The notes beneath the pieces are model-generated. The model searched no databases. It was not told the DNA's origin and saw nothing but the letters and a program-made list of their open reading frames with translations. The position numbers were made by a program, and so were the translations under genes. A stretch of DNA of 64,000 nt from an uncultured Nitrososphaerota archaeon. Lineage in GTDB: Archaea; Thermoproteota; Nitrososphaeria; Nitrososphaerales; CADDZS01. Below, in pieces: positions 20,548 through 31,179 of the stretch. The stretch lies in assembly GCA_963799845.1 (NCBI GenBank), contig CAWCYI010000004.1, positions 1,088,001 through 1,152,000 of the forward strand, given 5' to 3'. Each line of letters starts with the position of its first letter. The stretch's first letter is position 1.

Positions 20548-21407
20548 TGCAGGAAAAAAAGAAGGGAGAGATTTTGGAAGGGTCTTTTGCACGGCCAGTT
20601 CGGCGAAATAAAGCACTTGGTAACGTCACCAAGATCCTCTTCGTGGTAGCGATAATTCTTGTGTTATCAATTAGCTTGTTCATCGGCTATGAAATTGGTT
20701 TGCAAAATGTTCAGACCACAACGCAATCTGTAACCGAAGTGAGCACACAGACCGTCTTTGCCGTTCCCAGTACCCAAACAATCACGACGACAGCGAGCTT
20801 ACTTGTGTTCAATTCATCGAGCTATACATTCCCCGTGAATTGCTGCCTAACGCTACCCGATGCCTTTCTTTTAGGAAACTATTCCTTTAGTACTCTTCTG
20901 TACGCACCACCACCGGGTACAACCAGAAATGGTACTGTGATTACTCAGGCTGGCGGTGTTCTTCTTATTATCGAAATCTCGTCGGGTCAGACGACGGAAA
21001 ATGTTTCATTTAGTTGGGCAGGAACCTTCAGTGAGACTCTGCCTTTTCCGAATAACGCAACAGCTTTCTATGGAGCAGTGCGATTGGTATGGTTTACTAA
21101 TGGCACTTCTGCCCAAGCGCAGGATCTCTATTTGGGAATCTATACGGGCAACTCTCAAATTTTGTCGAATGCGGAAGATTGCACGGTTGCAGAATATACT
21201 ATAGCTCATCTTGCAATGATTCACAACGAAACATCAACTACGATAACGAATTTCACCTCGACGACTTTCGCTCATACAACATCGTTCTACACTACTGCAA
21301 ACTACAGTACCTCCGTAGGCTATGCCTCATCAACAACAACAAGCCCATTAACGCAAACAGGTGAATTCTATTGGACCGTAACGGCATGCCAGTTTGTAAG
21401 TCCCTAG
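20541..21407 (+). CDS. membrane-anchored Thr-rich secreted protein
   Basis: TM helix, Thr stalk, C-terminal Cys pair; start overlaps the upstream stop. Confidence 0.75.
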   Translation: MLMQEKKKGEILEGSFARPVRRNKALGNVTKILFVVAIILVLSISLFIGYEIGLQNVQTTTQSVTEVSTQTVFAVPSTQTITTTASLLVFNSSSYTFPVNCCLTLPDAFLLGNYSFSTLLYAPPPGTTRNGTVITQAGGVLLIIEISSGQTTENVSFSWAGTFSETLPFPNNATAFYGAVRLVWFTNGTSAQAQDLYLGIYTGNSQILSNAEDCTVAEYTIAHLAMIHNETSTTITNFTSTTFAHTTSFYTTANYSTSVGYASSTTTSPLTQTGEFYWTVTACQFVSP

Positions 21408-21928
21408 ATGCAGATGTACCGGATTTATCTGTGCTCTAAGACTTTGCTTGACACTTTCAATTTGCAATCCAAAATAAATCAGTCATGAAGGAATATCTGA
21501 AATTCTAAGAAGTCCTGATTTCGAAATTAACGGTAAGAAATTCCGTTTTAAATTACCGGAAGAATTAAACCAGATACTTTGGTTAACCAGATTGTGTCGA
21601 TTCAGTAAAGATTTAGGAACGATTTTGCAAATTAAGTAAATAGGTAGCTCAACATCCTCATCTTTGACAAAATCATGCAGAAAATCGAAGACGGAAAAGA
21701 ACAACCACGATTGATGGTGGAAAGATCGATTAGGCATAACGAGATTCTAATGGTAACAACGCCGAAAGGATCGAAGTCAGTTTCGCTTTCTGATATTGGA
21801 CTCGGAGACTCGTTCGTCGAAGACGCCTTGAGGGTTCACCTCATTCACTCACTCAAGAAGAAATGGTAGACGGAGTGCACTCTTTATCATCAATTCGCCG
21901 CGCTATTATGGTGAACAATAAGTAAATT

Positions 21929-22210
21929 ATGGAAGTAAGTAAGAAGAAGCTAGCCGTACCGCTTCTCAAAGCGCTGTGGATTTACACTCTGATACTCTGG
22001 ATGTATATTGTGGCTGATATGTTTGTATTTCCCCAGTATCAATATGACCCCATTTCTCGCTTTGTCCCCATTCCACAAAACCTCATTGCCGTAACTGCCT
22101 TTCCTGTTTCCTTCTTAGCTTTCGCTGTTTGGGAATACCTTCGAAATCTGCCAGACTCTACGTCTAATTCAAACAAATCTGAACTAGAAAACAGGCAGTC
22201 TCAGAAATAA
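21929..22210 (+). CDS. small 2-TM membrane protein
   Basis: Two hydrophobic helices. Confidence 0.6.
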   Translation: MEVSKKKLAVPLLKALWIYTLILWMYIVADMFVFPQYQYDPISRFVPIPQNLIAVTAFPVSFLAFAVWEYLRNLPDSTSNSNKSELENRQSQK

Positions 22211-22524
22211 GAACGAAATAACCCGCTAGAATATTCCTATGTATCAGTGGCAATTGTAGTGACTTTGTAATTACATTCGAAGGACTTTATCGCTGGGGCA
22301 CTCTTTTCTCAAAGATAAGGAAAATATTGGATCAGCTGGTACCAAAATTGTCCTAAATTTGATGGAACAAAAAGAGGGAGAATTAAGATTCTCTGCGTTC
22401 CCTTCAGCGAGGATAATAACCTCTGTACTTCGCCATTCTACTTGAGACGTGACTCCCAGGATTGATGATCGTCTGCATTGTTTATTTGTAACATGGTGAA
22501 AGTAAATGAAGAAAGGTAGTTGCA

Positions 22525-23320
22525 ATGTCGAAAGTTAGAGTGAATGATATTGACATTTACTACGAAGTGCGCGGCGAAGGTTTTCCGTTAGTGATGATTC
22601 AAGGATTAGGCGCCAACTTGGACCAGTGGGACCCGCGCATGGTCCGAGAACTTTCCAAGAGATTCAAGACGGTCACGTTCGACAACAGGGGGGCCGGACG
22701 CACCGACGTATCTGACAGAAAATATACCATCAGACTGTTTGCCGATGACACAGCGGGTCTGATGGATGGCTTGGGGATTTCCAGGGCTCACGTGCTTGGG
22801 CTTTCAATGGGTGGAATGATAGCCCAGGAGCTGACGCTCAACTACCCCCAGAAAGTCGAAAAGCTTGTCCTCTGTTCAACTAACTGCGGAGGCAGATTAT
22901 CAATTCGGCCATCTAACAGTGTGATAGGAAATCTCTTGGTGGACAGAAGCGCTTTGTCCCAAAAGGAAATAGAACAAATGGTAGTTCAAATAACTTTGAC
23001 TGAAGATTTCGCCAAGAAGAACCCCGACTTGGTAAAGGAAATGATGCAACGTGGCCTCAAGGCTCCGATTTCGCCGGAAGCCTTCAGTCGGCAAATGATT
23101 GCAATCTCAGGATTCGACACCCACGACAGACTATCCCAGATTAAGGCGCCCACTCTGATATTCAGCTGGCAAGAAGGATATTCTCGTTCCTCCTGGGAAC
23201 AGTTCAATATTGGCCGAAGCCATTCCCAATGCTAAGCTTGTCTATCTTGAAAGGTCGGCCCACATTCTTACAGAAGATATGGATGAAGTAATCAACTCTG
23301 TAACAGGTTTCCTTGGCTAA
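22525..23320 (+). CDS. alpha/beta hydrolase (PcaD-like), frameshift near 23163
   Basis: FDNRGAGRT and GLSMGG nucleophile elbow; the shifted frame supplies GKKDILVPP...SAH. Confidence 0.9.
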
Positions 23321-23329
23321 CCTTTCCAC

Positions 23330-23790
23330 TATCGAGAATCCTGCGTAGCATATAGTAACGACTACAGAAAATTCGTCAACCACAACCATATTCATCACAC
23401 AAGTACTGACAATTGTCACAAACGCTTCCTCGACTTCTTCCGTATGCACTGATACTGGCGGTATTGGTTGTCCTCATTTCTTCAATCAGACATTCGTCGT
23501 ATCTGTAGACTACAGCGGGCCTTGGGGGATTATCCTATCAAGGCTGACTGGGTGACGATATATTAGTGCCTCCAATCGTAGCCGACAATTTCTTCGGTCA
23601 TGGTTCAACAAGTGAGTCTATCACCGTAACTGGAGCGGACACTTACGGAATCACAGCGTGCGACGAAGCAAGGAAACTTGACGCATCGAACTCAGTCCTA
23701 GTTTTGACGCTTCAGGCATCGAACGATGTTAATCAGACTGCTGTTCCCTACGGCACAACCAAAACCTGTTTGACGTACGCAATAATATGA
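23330..23790 (+). pseudogene. 5'-truncated remnant of a Thr-rich secreted protein
   Basis: Thr stalk and CTDTGGIGCP, frameshift in a G run near 23528, in-frame TGA at 23545, then ORF 23566..23790; no signal or TM part. Confidence 0.55.
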
Positions 23791-23843
23791 TACTTATCAA
23801 ACCTTCAATATCTTGAAATCCCGAATTTTAAGTCAGCTCGATA

Positions 23844-24215
23844 TTATTCCTGCGACTTCATTGAAAAGAGCGAGATCTTCACGTCTTTAGAAATTTCCAC
23901 CCGGCTGCTCTTTGGATGCTTTATCATCAACTTCGAAACTTCCTGGAGGTTGTTCGTGTTGTAGTGTATCTCGATCTTCTCACGCAAAACGAGGATCGTA
24001 TTTTCGTCGGATACGAACATCGGTCTGTTTCTCCTCCCGGCAAAAAGAAGTCTGGCCCTGTCACTCGAAAATAATGCGATCTTGCTATTCTTCGGAATCT
24101 GCAAGGACTGCAACGCATAGTCCCCCTTTGGAATTTGGATGTTCGCGAAATCTTCGGAAGCTTTCGCACTTGATTCAGTTATCGTTTGTTGGAGCCAGAT
24201 CGTAATATCCTGCAA
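23844..24215 (-). CDS. hypothetical protein
   Basis: TTG start about 25 nt after a TATA-like box; corresponds to the 3' part of ORF 23844..24545. Confidence 0.55.
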   Translation of the reverse strand: MQDITIWLQQTITESSAKASEDFANIQIPKGDYALQSLQIPKNSKIALFSSDRARLLFAGRRNRPMFVSDENTILVLREKIEIHYNTNNLQEVSKLMIKHPKSSRVEISKDVKISLFSMKSQE

Positions 24216-24279
24216 AGCGGGAAATTGCTTTACGGCAAGGGATATAATATTGATCTGTGACCGTAAGTGATGATCTGAT

Positions 24280-24702
24280 TTGGTATTCATATTGGATGAA
24301 GGCAGCGAGTTCGATGCTCCGGTCGAGAAGATCTGGCGGTTCATGTCTACTCCGGGAGACCACCACAAACACGCGAGCATGACGAACAGGAAGTTTGAAA
24401 TGGATGGAAAAAGCACGGTCCTTTCTTTTGAAGTTGAAGGCCCGGGGGGTGCGAAGACACTGGTCAAGATCAGGAGTACCCCGCTCGTTCCAGTCGGACG
24501 GATGCTGGAGTATCTCGAAGGGCCGCTCGCTGGTTCAAAGGTCATGTCATATTATATTCCGAAGGATCAAAGAACTGGAATAACTCTCGTGGGCGAATAT
24601 GTCTCAAAAGTGATTCCGGAGGGCCAGCTAAAGACGGTCGTCATGAATCAGTTAGAGCAGTCGTTCAAAGAAGACACCGAGAACCTGAAGAACTTCAAGT
24701 AG
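24280..24702 (+). CDS. SRPBCC-like protein
   Basis: FDAPVEKIW N-terminal motif, C-terminal helix, about 140 aa. Confidence 0.7.
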   Translation: MVFILDEGSEFDAPVEKIWRFMSTPGDHHKHASMTNRKFEMDGKSTVLSFEVEGPGGAKTLVKIRSTPLVPVGRMLEYLEGPLAGSKVMSYYIPKDQRTGITLVGEYVSKVIPEGQLKTVVMNQLEQSFKEDTENLKNFK

Positions 24703-24778
24703 ACCGTCTCAGAATTAAATCTGGCTCCCATCTCCCTGGGAGCCGGTGAAGCTTTTTTGTAGGATTGAAATGAGTTAT

Positions 24779-25414
24779 CTATCTGGATCTAACATCCTCT
24801 AATTTTTCTGTACTGGCCAGCGCCATTGTCTTCATCTTTCCGGTGAGGATAGAAAAAGAAAGTATGATTACAAATGCGGCAGACGCAGCTGAAGTGGTTA
24901 CTTCCTGAATTGCCACTCCCTGCCACGGCCACCTAGCGACCCACATTATGCAACAAAAGACTCCTAGGATTAATGCGAGGGCACCAGTTTTCGGAGTACC
25001 CATAGGAAACGAGACGTAGCTATAGAGGAAAAGGGACAGTGCAGTGAAGAAGAAGAAAATTATTGATACAATCAAATGGATGTCGCCGAAACTCTCATTG
25101 AAAATCCCAATTGTAGAAAGATCTATCGCGGATATCGTCAGTGGTATTCCCCATATCAGGTACTCCCACGAGAATCTGAAATCTCTCAAAAGCAGGAGGA
25201 CAAATGCAAGAGTCAGCAGCCCAGAAATTATCAGGCCTCCGTCGAAAACTGCTGCAGAACCGCTTGTAATGTTTCGTTGAGCTGAAGTATTTCCAAGATC
25301 GCTCAGTGCGTTGTTGAGCCAGCTGAACCAGGGAGATACAAGGATGGCGATTATGATCGACGAGTAAGCAATGACACCGGCCAAAATCCCTAGGAGCGGA
25401 TAACGCTTTGCCAT
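24779..25414 (-). CDS. DUF998-family membrane protein
   Basis: PWFSWLNNALSDLG, GIFNE...IH. Confidence 0.8.
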   Translation of the reverse strand: MAKRYPLLGILAGVIAYSSIIIAILVSPWFSWLNNALSDLGNTSAQRNITSGSAAVFDGGLIISGLLTLAFVLLLLRDFRFSWEYLIWGIPLTISAIDLSTIGIFNESFGDIHLIVSIIFFFFTALSLFLYSYVSFPMGTPKTGALALILGVFCCIMWVARWPWQGVAIQEVTTSAASAAFVIILSFSILTGKMKTMALASTEKLEDVRSR

Positions 25415-25522
25415 TTATGCTATCTCGTTTTGAACTAACGAACGTGAGCAAGAATTCAATAATAAAATTGCCTAACTGGATTCCGAAGGCAATAATAGCA
25501 CAGACCAAGAAAAGGCGCATCA

Positions 25523-26455
25523 TTGCAAGCCCGCCGGACTGCACTTCTGGGTACTTTATTCGGTACCTCATTCTGGGGGCTTTCCGGAACGGCGTCGCAG
25601 GCTCTTTTCCAGCTGTATCACTTCCCCGTCCTGGGTCTCGCGTTCATCCGGATGGCGGTTTCCGGTCTCCTGCTTCTCGTCGTTCTCCGACCGGCGCTGC
25701 CCGAGTCCAGGATCATCGGCAAACTCATTGCCATCGCGATCTTTGGGTTCGTGGGAACTCAGGTTTCGTACCTCGCCGCGATCCAGTATTCAAACGCCCC
25801 GACCGCAACCTTACTCCAGTTCCTCTTTCTCCCGATGGTCGCGGGTTACGAAGCGCTCACGGGGGCGCTTCGCTGGTCATCCAGGTGGACCGCCATCCTA
25901 GTTTTTGCCGGAGTTGGAACGCTGCTTCTGATCGGCATTTTTTCCGGGGGCGGCTTCAAGGTCTTGATAACACCGATCGGGCTCATCTCAGGGCTGCTCG
26001 CCGCGGTAACCGCAGCCTACTACTCGCTTGCGTCGCGTAAAATCATCAGGGAGCGGGGCTCGTGGTGGCTCCTTACATGGGGATTTATCATAGGCGGTAT
26101 CGTTACATTCCCGCTGGGAATTTTTTCTCTTGCAAACTATACTTTTCCAACAGCTTCACTGTTAGCGGTATTCGGCCTCGTCCTGTTTGTGATAATCTTC
26201 GGAACGATACTCTCGTTCGGGCTGTACCTGTCGGGACTGCGGCGGCTCCCCGCGACCGAGATTGGCGTGGTAGCTTCTTTAGAGCCGATAGCTGCTTCAC
26301 TCGCAGCATATGTGTTCCTTGGCGTCAGGCTGGATCTCATTCAATACTTAGGCGGTGCCATAATTTTATTCGCGGTAATTCTGACGGCGTCGCGTCCGGC
26401 GCAGATCAACCAAACCGGCGAGAGAAAACTTCCTGACCAGGAAAAGGCTGGATGA
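25523..26455 (+). CDS. EamA/DMT transporter
   Basis: Ten TMs; WGLSG and LEPIAA motifs. Confidence 0.9.
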   Translation: MQARRTALLGTLFGTSFWGLSGTASQALFQLYHFPVLGLAFIRMAVSGLLLLVVLRPALPESRIIGKLIAIAIFGFVGTQVSYLAAIQYSNAPTATLLQFLFLPMVAGYEALTGALRWSSRWTAILVFAGVGTLLLIGIFSGGGFKVLITPIGLISGLLAAVTAAYYSLASRKIIRERGSWWLLTWGFIIGGIVTFPLGIFSLANYTFPTASLLAVFGLVLFVIIFGTILSFGLYLSGLRRLPATEIGVVASLEPIAASLAAYVFLGVRLDLIQYLGGAIILFAVILTASRPAQINQTGERKLPDQEKAG

Positions 26456-26456
26456 C

Positions 26457-27146
26457 TCAGCCCAGCAAAAGATGGGTGTTGAAAAACAGTATCGTCTTCT
26501 CCCACGCGTCCTTCGCGGCCTCCGGTCTGTACCCCTGCTTGTTAGTCTCGTTCGCGAATGCGTGTGGAGCCCCCTCGTAGAGCAAAAGTTGAGCATTCTT
26601 GCCAAGTGTCTTCAGCGTCAGCTCCAGCTGGCGCGCCTGATCTGGCTTTACGGAATGATCCTGATCGCCGTAAATTAGCAGGAGCGGCACAGAGATATTC
26701 GCGAGCTGTTCATCGCTCGGAAGTCTGCTCGCGTAGTAAATTACACCGGCGGAAGCATCCTTCGATTCACACATGTAGTTGAACGCGTGGGTCCCTCCAA
26801 AGCAATAACCCGTAATGCCGACCCGAGACAGGTCAAGCGCCTTCAGATACACTGCCGTACTGTCGATCATTTTCTTAGAGTTTTGAGTCGTTATGCTCAT
26901 CGACAGTTTTCGGGCTTCGTCGGGGTTGCTCGCCGACACCCCCGCGTAAAGATCTGGGGCAATCGCAACATAGCCCTGCTCGGCATATTTATCGGCGATT
27001 CCCTTGACGTGTGGGACGAGCCCCCACCACTCGTGAATTATGATGACCCCAGGCGTCTTGTTACTAACGTTGGCAGGCTTGTTGACGTAAGCTGGAACCT
27101 TGCCGTCCTGCGAATCAATCATAATCATGCTGCCTTGCAGAGACAT
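26457..27146 (-). CDS. dienelactone hydrolase family protein
   Basis: HEWWGL, GYCFGG, HAFAN. Confidence 0.92.
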   Translation of the reverse strand: MSLQGSMIMIDSQDGKVPAYVNKPANVSNKTPGVIIIHEWWGLVPHVKGIADKYAEQGYVAIAPDLYAGVSASNPDEARKLSMSITTQNSKKMIDSTAVYLKALDLSRVGITGYCFGGTHAFNYMCESKDASAGVIYYASRLPSDEQLANISVPLLLIYGDQDHSVKPDQARQLELTLKTLGKNAQLLLYEGAPHAFANETNKQGYRPEAAKDAWEKTILFFNTHLLLG

Positions 27147-27202
27147 GACGCAGGCCGTCCTTTGCTCATTATTTCAGATTGTCGCAAACACTGGCTAAGC
27201 AG

Positions 27203-27506
27203 CTACTCCATGGAGACTCTGACGATGCTGATTAGACCGATCGTCTCGACCAGGTTGATGACGGTCATGTATGGAGATGCGGCGTTGACTATCGCGACCG
27301 CTGGACCCAAGCTGTAAAGCTGGTACCAGAATATGATGATGGCGATATTTTGCACCAAGAAAAACAGTGCAAAAAATATCAAGCCTATCGTGAACGGCGA
27401 TCTGATCTTCCTGAAGCTCGACGAATAGAGTACGATAAGAATTATGATCAACACCGTGTTAGCTGAGGGCGAAAACCGCGGCCGCGTACAACCAGATATC
27501 CGTCAT
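27203..27506 (-). CDS. small 3-TM protein downstream of the wHTH regulator (frameshift near 27465)
   Basis: ATG at 27506; hydrophobic helices; FTIGLIFFA...QN motif. Confidence 0.65.
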
Positions 27507-27515
27507 TATCTATAT

Positions 27516-27833
27516 TCACTTTGTCTCCTTTGATGTCTTATCTACTTTAGCCCAAATCTCCTCTAAGATCGAATATTCGGCTTCCATGTACGGTGAGAGA
27601 AAATACACCGCGCCGTAAGAGCCCTTTTGAGAAGATACGATGAGACCGTTCTGCTCCAGGATCTTGATGTGGTGCTGCACTGTCTTGTAGTCGAGTTTTA
27701 GGTCGGTCGACAGTTTGTTCGCGTTTACAGGCGTAGCCTTGAGATATCGCAGAATTAGGAGCCGGTTTAAGGCGCCCCGGGTTCCGGCGAGAAGATAATA
27801 GAGCAGTCTTCGAAATGCTGGATCTCCGGGCAC
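27516..27833 (-). CDS. archaeal winged-helix (ArsR-like) transcriptional regulator
   Basis: LLAGTRG...R, NANKLSTDLKLDYKTVQHHIKIL, YGAVYFLS. Confidence 0.88.
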   Translation of the reverse strand: MPGDPAFRRLLYYLLAGTRGALNRLLILRYLKATPVNANKLSTDLKLDYKTVQHHIKILEQNGLIVSSQKGSYGAVYFLSPYMEAEYSILEEIWAKVDKTSKETK

Positions 27834-28188
27834 TGTAGGAACCTACCATTAACCTTAGATCGATGTTTAGGCTGGATTCCGTGTTCGTTTTTCGCCCGAT
27901 AATAACTGTTCTGTACACTTTGTGAATCTGCTCATTGAGTTCGACTTGGCTGAAGACCAGCTGGCTAACCCGAGGGCTGATCAAGACGAGTTCCAAACCC
28001 TCGGAAATCACTAATGGAGTCTCTCGCCATGTTTCATTAAGCCGGTTTTGTCGTCATGATATTTAGAAGAATGCCCAAATCGAACCCAAATTTGAGCAGA
28101 GGTACTGATTTGAAATCATATCAAGATTCGATGTTTGTAATTCATTGAATCATAACTTTATAGTTTGAAAACAGAGCGAAAAAGAACA

Positions 28189-29038
28189 ATGTCTTTTGTC
28201 GTCCAACCGTTCACTGAGAGGGACATGGAAGCGGCGGATGTCGTGCTCAGATCGGCGTTCAAAACTTCGTACGGACGAAAGGACTATATGAGGCGCTACT
28301 TGCAGACTCTTCCCAGTCGTGCGTTTGTCGCAAAAAAGGATGATGAAATAGTCGGTTTCGGAGCTACAATGGATTTCGGCCGCTTTGCGTACATCGGACT
28401 GATGGGCGTCGACCCTAAGGTTCAGCGACAGGGGGTCGGCGGGATGATACTGGAAAACATCATGGATTGGCTTGAGGCTCGCAATTGTCCCACGTTTTGC
28501 TTGACGCCAGCCCTTACGGGGCCCCCCTTTACGAAAAATATGGGTTCGCGGATTCCGACCTGACCCTAGTCTTCCAGCAAAGCAGGACGAAAGAACAGCC
28601 GAAAGGTGAACATGCTCTAAATTACCATCTGACCCAAGGAGAATTTCCGAAACTGGTCTCATTCGATTCGCCGCATTTCGGGGCTGATCGATCCCAGCTT
28701 CTTCACTCATATTTTGAGGACGATCCGATCCGGTTCTTGGTGTCGCGTGATGCGAATGGGCTAATCGACGGCTTTCTGGTTGCACAGCCTCGGGTCATCG
28801 GGCCATGGGTCGTGAGCAATTCCGATGCTGCAGAAGAGCTACTGGTCAGCGCTCTAAGATTTTCCTTCGAAGATTGCCCGACGGTATTCGTTTCTGCGTC
28901 GAACAAAGAGCTCTCGAATTGCTTTCCCGTTACGGGTTCGAGAAACTGCGAACTCAGCGTCACATGTTCAAAGGCAAGCCAATTCATCGCGATCGTCATA
29001 GTTCGATCTACGGACAGGCCACTCTGGGCTTCGGCTAG
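28189..29038 (+). CDS. GNAT acetyltransferase (YitH-like), two frameshifts
   Basis: VDPKVQRQGVG, LDASPYGAPLYEKYGF, FGADRS, IGPW, GQATLGFG spread over three frames. Confidence 0.85.
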
Positions 29039-29456
29039 GTTATGCCGGCGCCTCGGATCCAATCAGATTATACAATCCACGCAGGTCTTCCTCTCCACGC
29101 TGTTCTTTTTCCTGTACCTGCAGACCTTTTCTGTTTTCCAAGGCTATCGTTTTACCTTCATTGATTTATTATGCCAATTTTGACCTGTTCTACACGGGGG
29201 GGGCAATTCTGCGTACCGAAGAGTTCAGTTCAAGCTCTTCGGCGAGATTTCATTTGTTATTGTTTGATATTCAAAGTGAACTCAAAAGTAAACGTCTCGC
29301 GTCAGCCTGTAAATCCGGTCCTAAGTCTCGTGGTACTCAAATCTACTTTGATTAGACCTGTTGGGGCGGTCGAAATTCTCGACAGAAGAATAGGGAGGAT
29401 CTCTAGCTCTCGCGATTCAATCTAAACGGAAACTGGGATTTTTGCGTGATAGCATC

Positions 29457-30519
29457 CTAATGTTTGGAATAGTAATCGGCCACTGCTCTAAACGACTCCT
29501 TCGGCTCCCAGGTCATATCCGGATAAGTCGTGCCATGCCTTCCGTCATCATAATATTTCACTAGGCTCGAGCTCGCTATGTCGAGATCGAATCTGGGATT
29601 GTCATTATAGGGGGTTATTTCAGAAATGAATTGGAATATGAAGGCACCATCAACACCCACTTCGTCGAGTGCGGAGAGATTTTCTATCAGTTTGCGTGCC
29701 TGCCAACCTTCATCACGAATGTGATCGACATTCAGGTGCGGTCGTACAAATCGACCCACAAATGGTACCTGATGCAAGAACTGCGATTTGTGGTCGACGA
29801 TATCCCCGCCCAATCCCGCCGAGCTCAAAAATCCTTCTGAGCCGAGACCTCCTTGACACGTCCCATAACCGAACTCGGTTATTTCGACCGGCTTGTTGTG
29901 TATGAAAGACGGTTTTAGAAGTTCAATGTACTTGTCCTCAATGCGGGTGATTCGATAGTGATCAACTCCAACAAAATCGAAAAGACTCCAATCGACTGCT
30001 TCCCAGACGAGTGAACGCGTAAGTAAGCTTGCCGTGAAAGACTCCTCTAACTGCCGCGGCGGCCTTAGCCAAGAAGGCATTCAGCGGCTTGTTGTGTTCC
30101 CCGGCCATCACGCTTGCCCGCAGATTCTTGTTGGCAATCCTTGCCGCGAAGTTTCTACCTTCGACGATTCCTCGCATGAAGAGAGTCAACTCTGAGCCTA
30201 CGCTCAAGACCAACTGGTCCGGCCACCGCTGACGCAATGTCTCCGCGGATGCAGCGGCTCTCATGATGTAATTCAGCGTCTCTTCCTGACCCTTGTCCCA
30301 CATCTCAGGCGAAAGCCAAACTTCCAGCCCTTGCTTTAATGCATCCTCGGTAGCTATCATCAGCCTTTCAATGTCGAGGCCGCAGATCCTAATGGCATTG
30401 CAATGAAGGTCGTTCTTGATGATCTCTAGTTCGCGGTGAACTACTTTTGGATCAAAGCCAGGTCTCCAATTAAATCCCATTACTCGGCCCACGTCGTAGC
30501 TGACCCCTTTTCGTATCAT
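29457..30519 (-). CDS. TIM-barrel glycoside-hydrolase-like protein of a bacterial-type family, frameshift near 30015
   Basis: GVSYDVG, ELEIIKNDLHCNAIRI, VGSEL, KPVEITEFG, WEPKESF. Confidence 0.7.
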
Positions 30520-30531
30520 CGATGTCTGTCC

Positions 30532-31140
30532 TTACTGGGAGTCTGGCTTCAGAATCCTCAGTATGATCCGATCATCAGGAAAGTTCTGATTGGAAGTCTT
30601 TGGATCGCCCAAATTGATTCTCTTTACCAATCCATCAATGCAGGCAATTAGAGCGGTTAACAGCTGGTCAGGATCATCTTTTGCAACCTGACCGGAAGTC
30701 TGCCCTTCGACAATGAGCTGTCGCATTGTGTCGAGAATGATTCTGCCGTTTTTGCGAACGAGTTTGCGGAGCTCCTCGGGCATCTTTTCGTCTGCCAGAA
30801 CTTGGTAGAGGAATTGATAGAACTCCGGGTGCTCTCGTCTGTCCTTCAATAAGTATGAAACCAGGACTGTCAGACGCTCGCCTGGTGTGCCTTGAATTTC
30901 CTTAATGCGGGCAGCTGGTCCACCCCCCGATTGTGCGGACCGCTTCACCAGTGTGGTCAGGATCTCTTCCCTACTTGCAAAGTATCGATACGCCAGACCC
31001 TGACTGACCCCTGCTTCGACAGCCACATCGGCCATCGTTGCACTGCTACCTTTTCGTCCAAAGACGATTCTAGCTGAATCGAGAATCTTCTTCTCTGTTT
31101 CTTCTCGAATTCTTTGATTGGACTCTTTGGAACGCGGCAT
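30532..31140 (-). CDS. TetR/AcrR regulator
   Basis: TMADVAVEAGVSQGLAYRYFASREE HTH. Confidence 0.92.
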   Translation of the reverse strand: MPRSKESNQRIREETEKKILDSARIVFGRKGSSATMADVAVEAGVSQGLAYRYFASREEILTTLVKRSAQSGGGPAARIKEIQGTPGERLTVLVSYLLKDRREHPEFYQFLYQVLADEKMPEELRKLVRKNGRIILDTMRQLIVEGQTSGQVAKDDPDQLLTALIACIDGLVKRINLGDPKTSNQNFPDDRIILRILKPDSQ

Positions 31141-31156
31141 TTCGGATCAGATTATT

Positions 31157-31179
31157 AATGAATGAACGAATTATTCATT
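31157..31179. promoter_or_regulatory. candidate TetR operator
   Basis: AATGAAT-N9-ATTCATT inverted repeat abutting the TTTAAA box upstream of tetR. Confidence 0.5.

Noticed and set aside
21483-21869. Short ORF fragments in an AT-rich gap
   Set aside because: Probably gene debris; no recognisable motif to support a call.
1-24000. Diversity-generating retroelement driving surface-protein variation
   Set aside because: No reverse transcriptase and no near-identical template/variable repeat pair with A-specific mismatches were seen.
1-24000. Integron cassette array or dif-module array
   Set aside because: Genes lie on both strands. No consistent attC-like hairpins or 11-6-11 dif-like sites were found; the ATAA...TTAT candidates have 5-nt spacers and poor arms.
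25408-26040. 210-aa ORF overlapping the EamA gene (also 26787..27317, 27547..28011, 28150..28785)
   Set aside because: Shadow frames of GC-richer genes; Arg/Pro-rich with no motifs.
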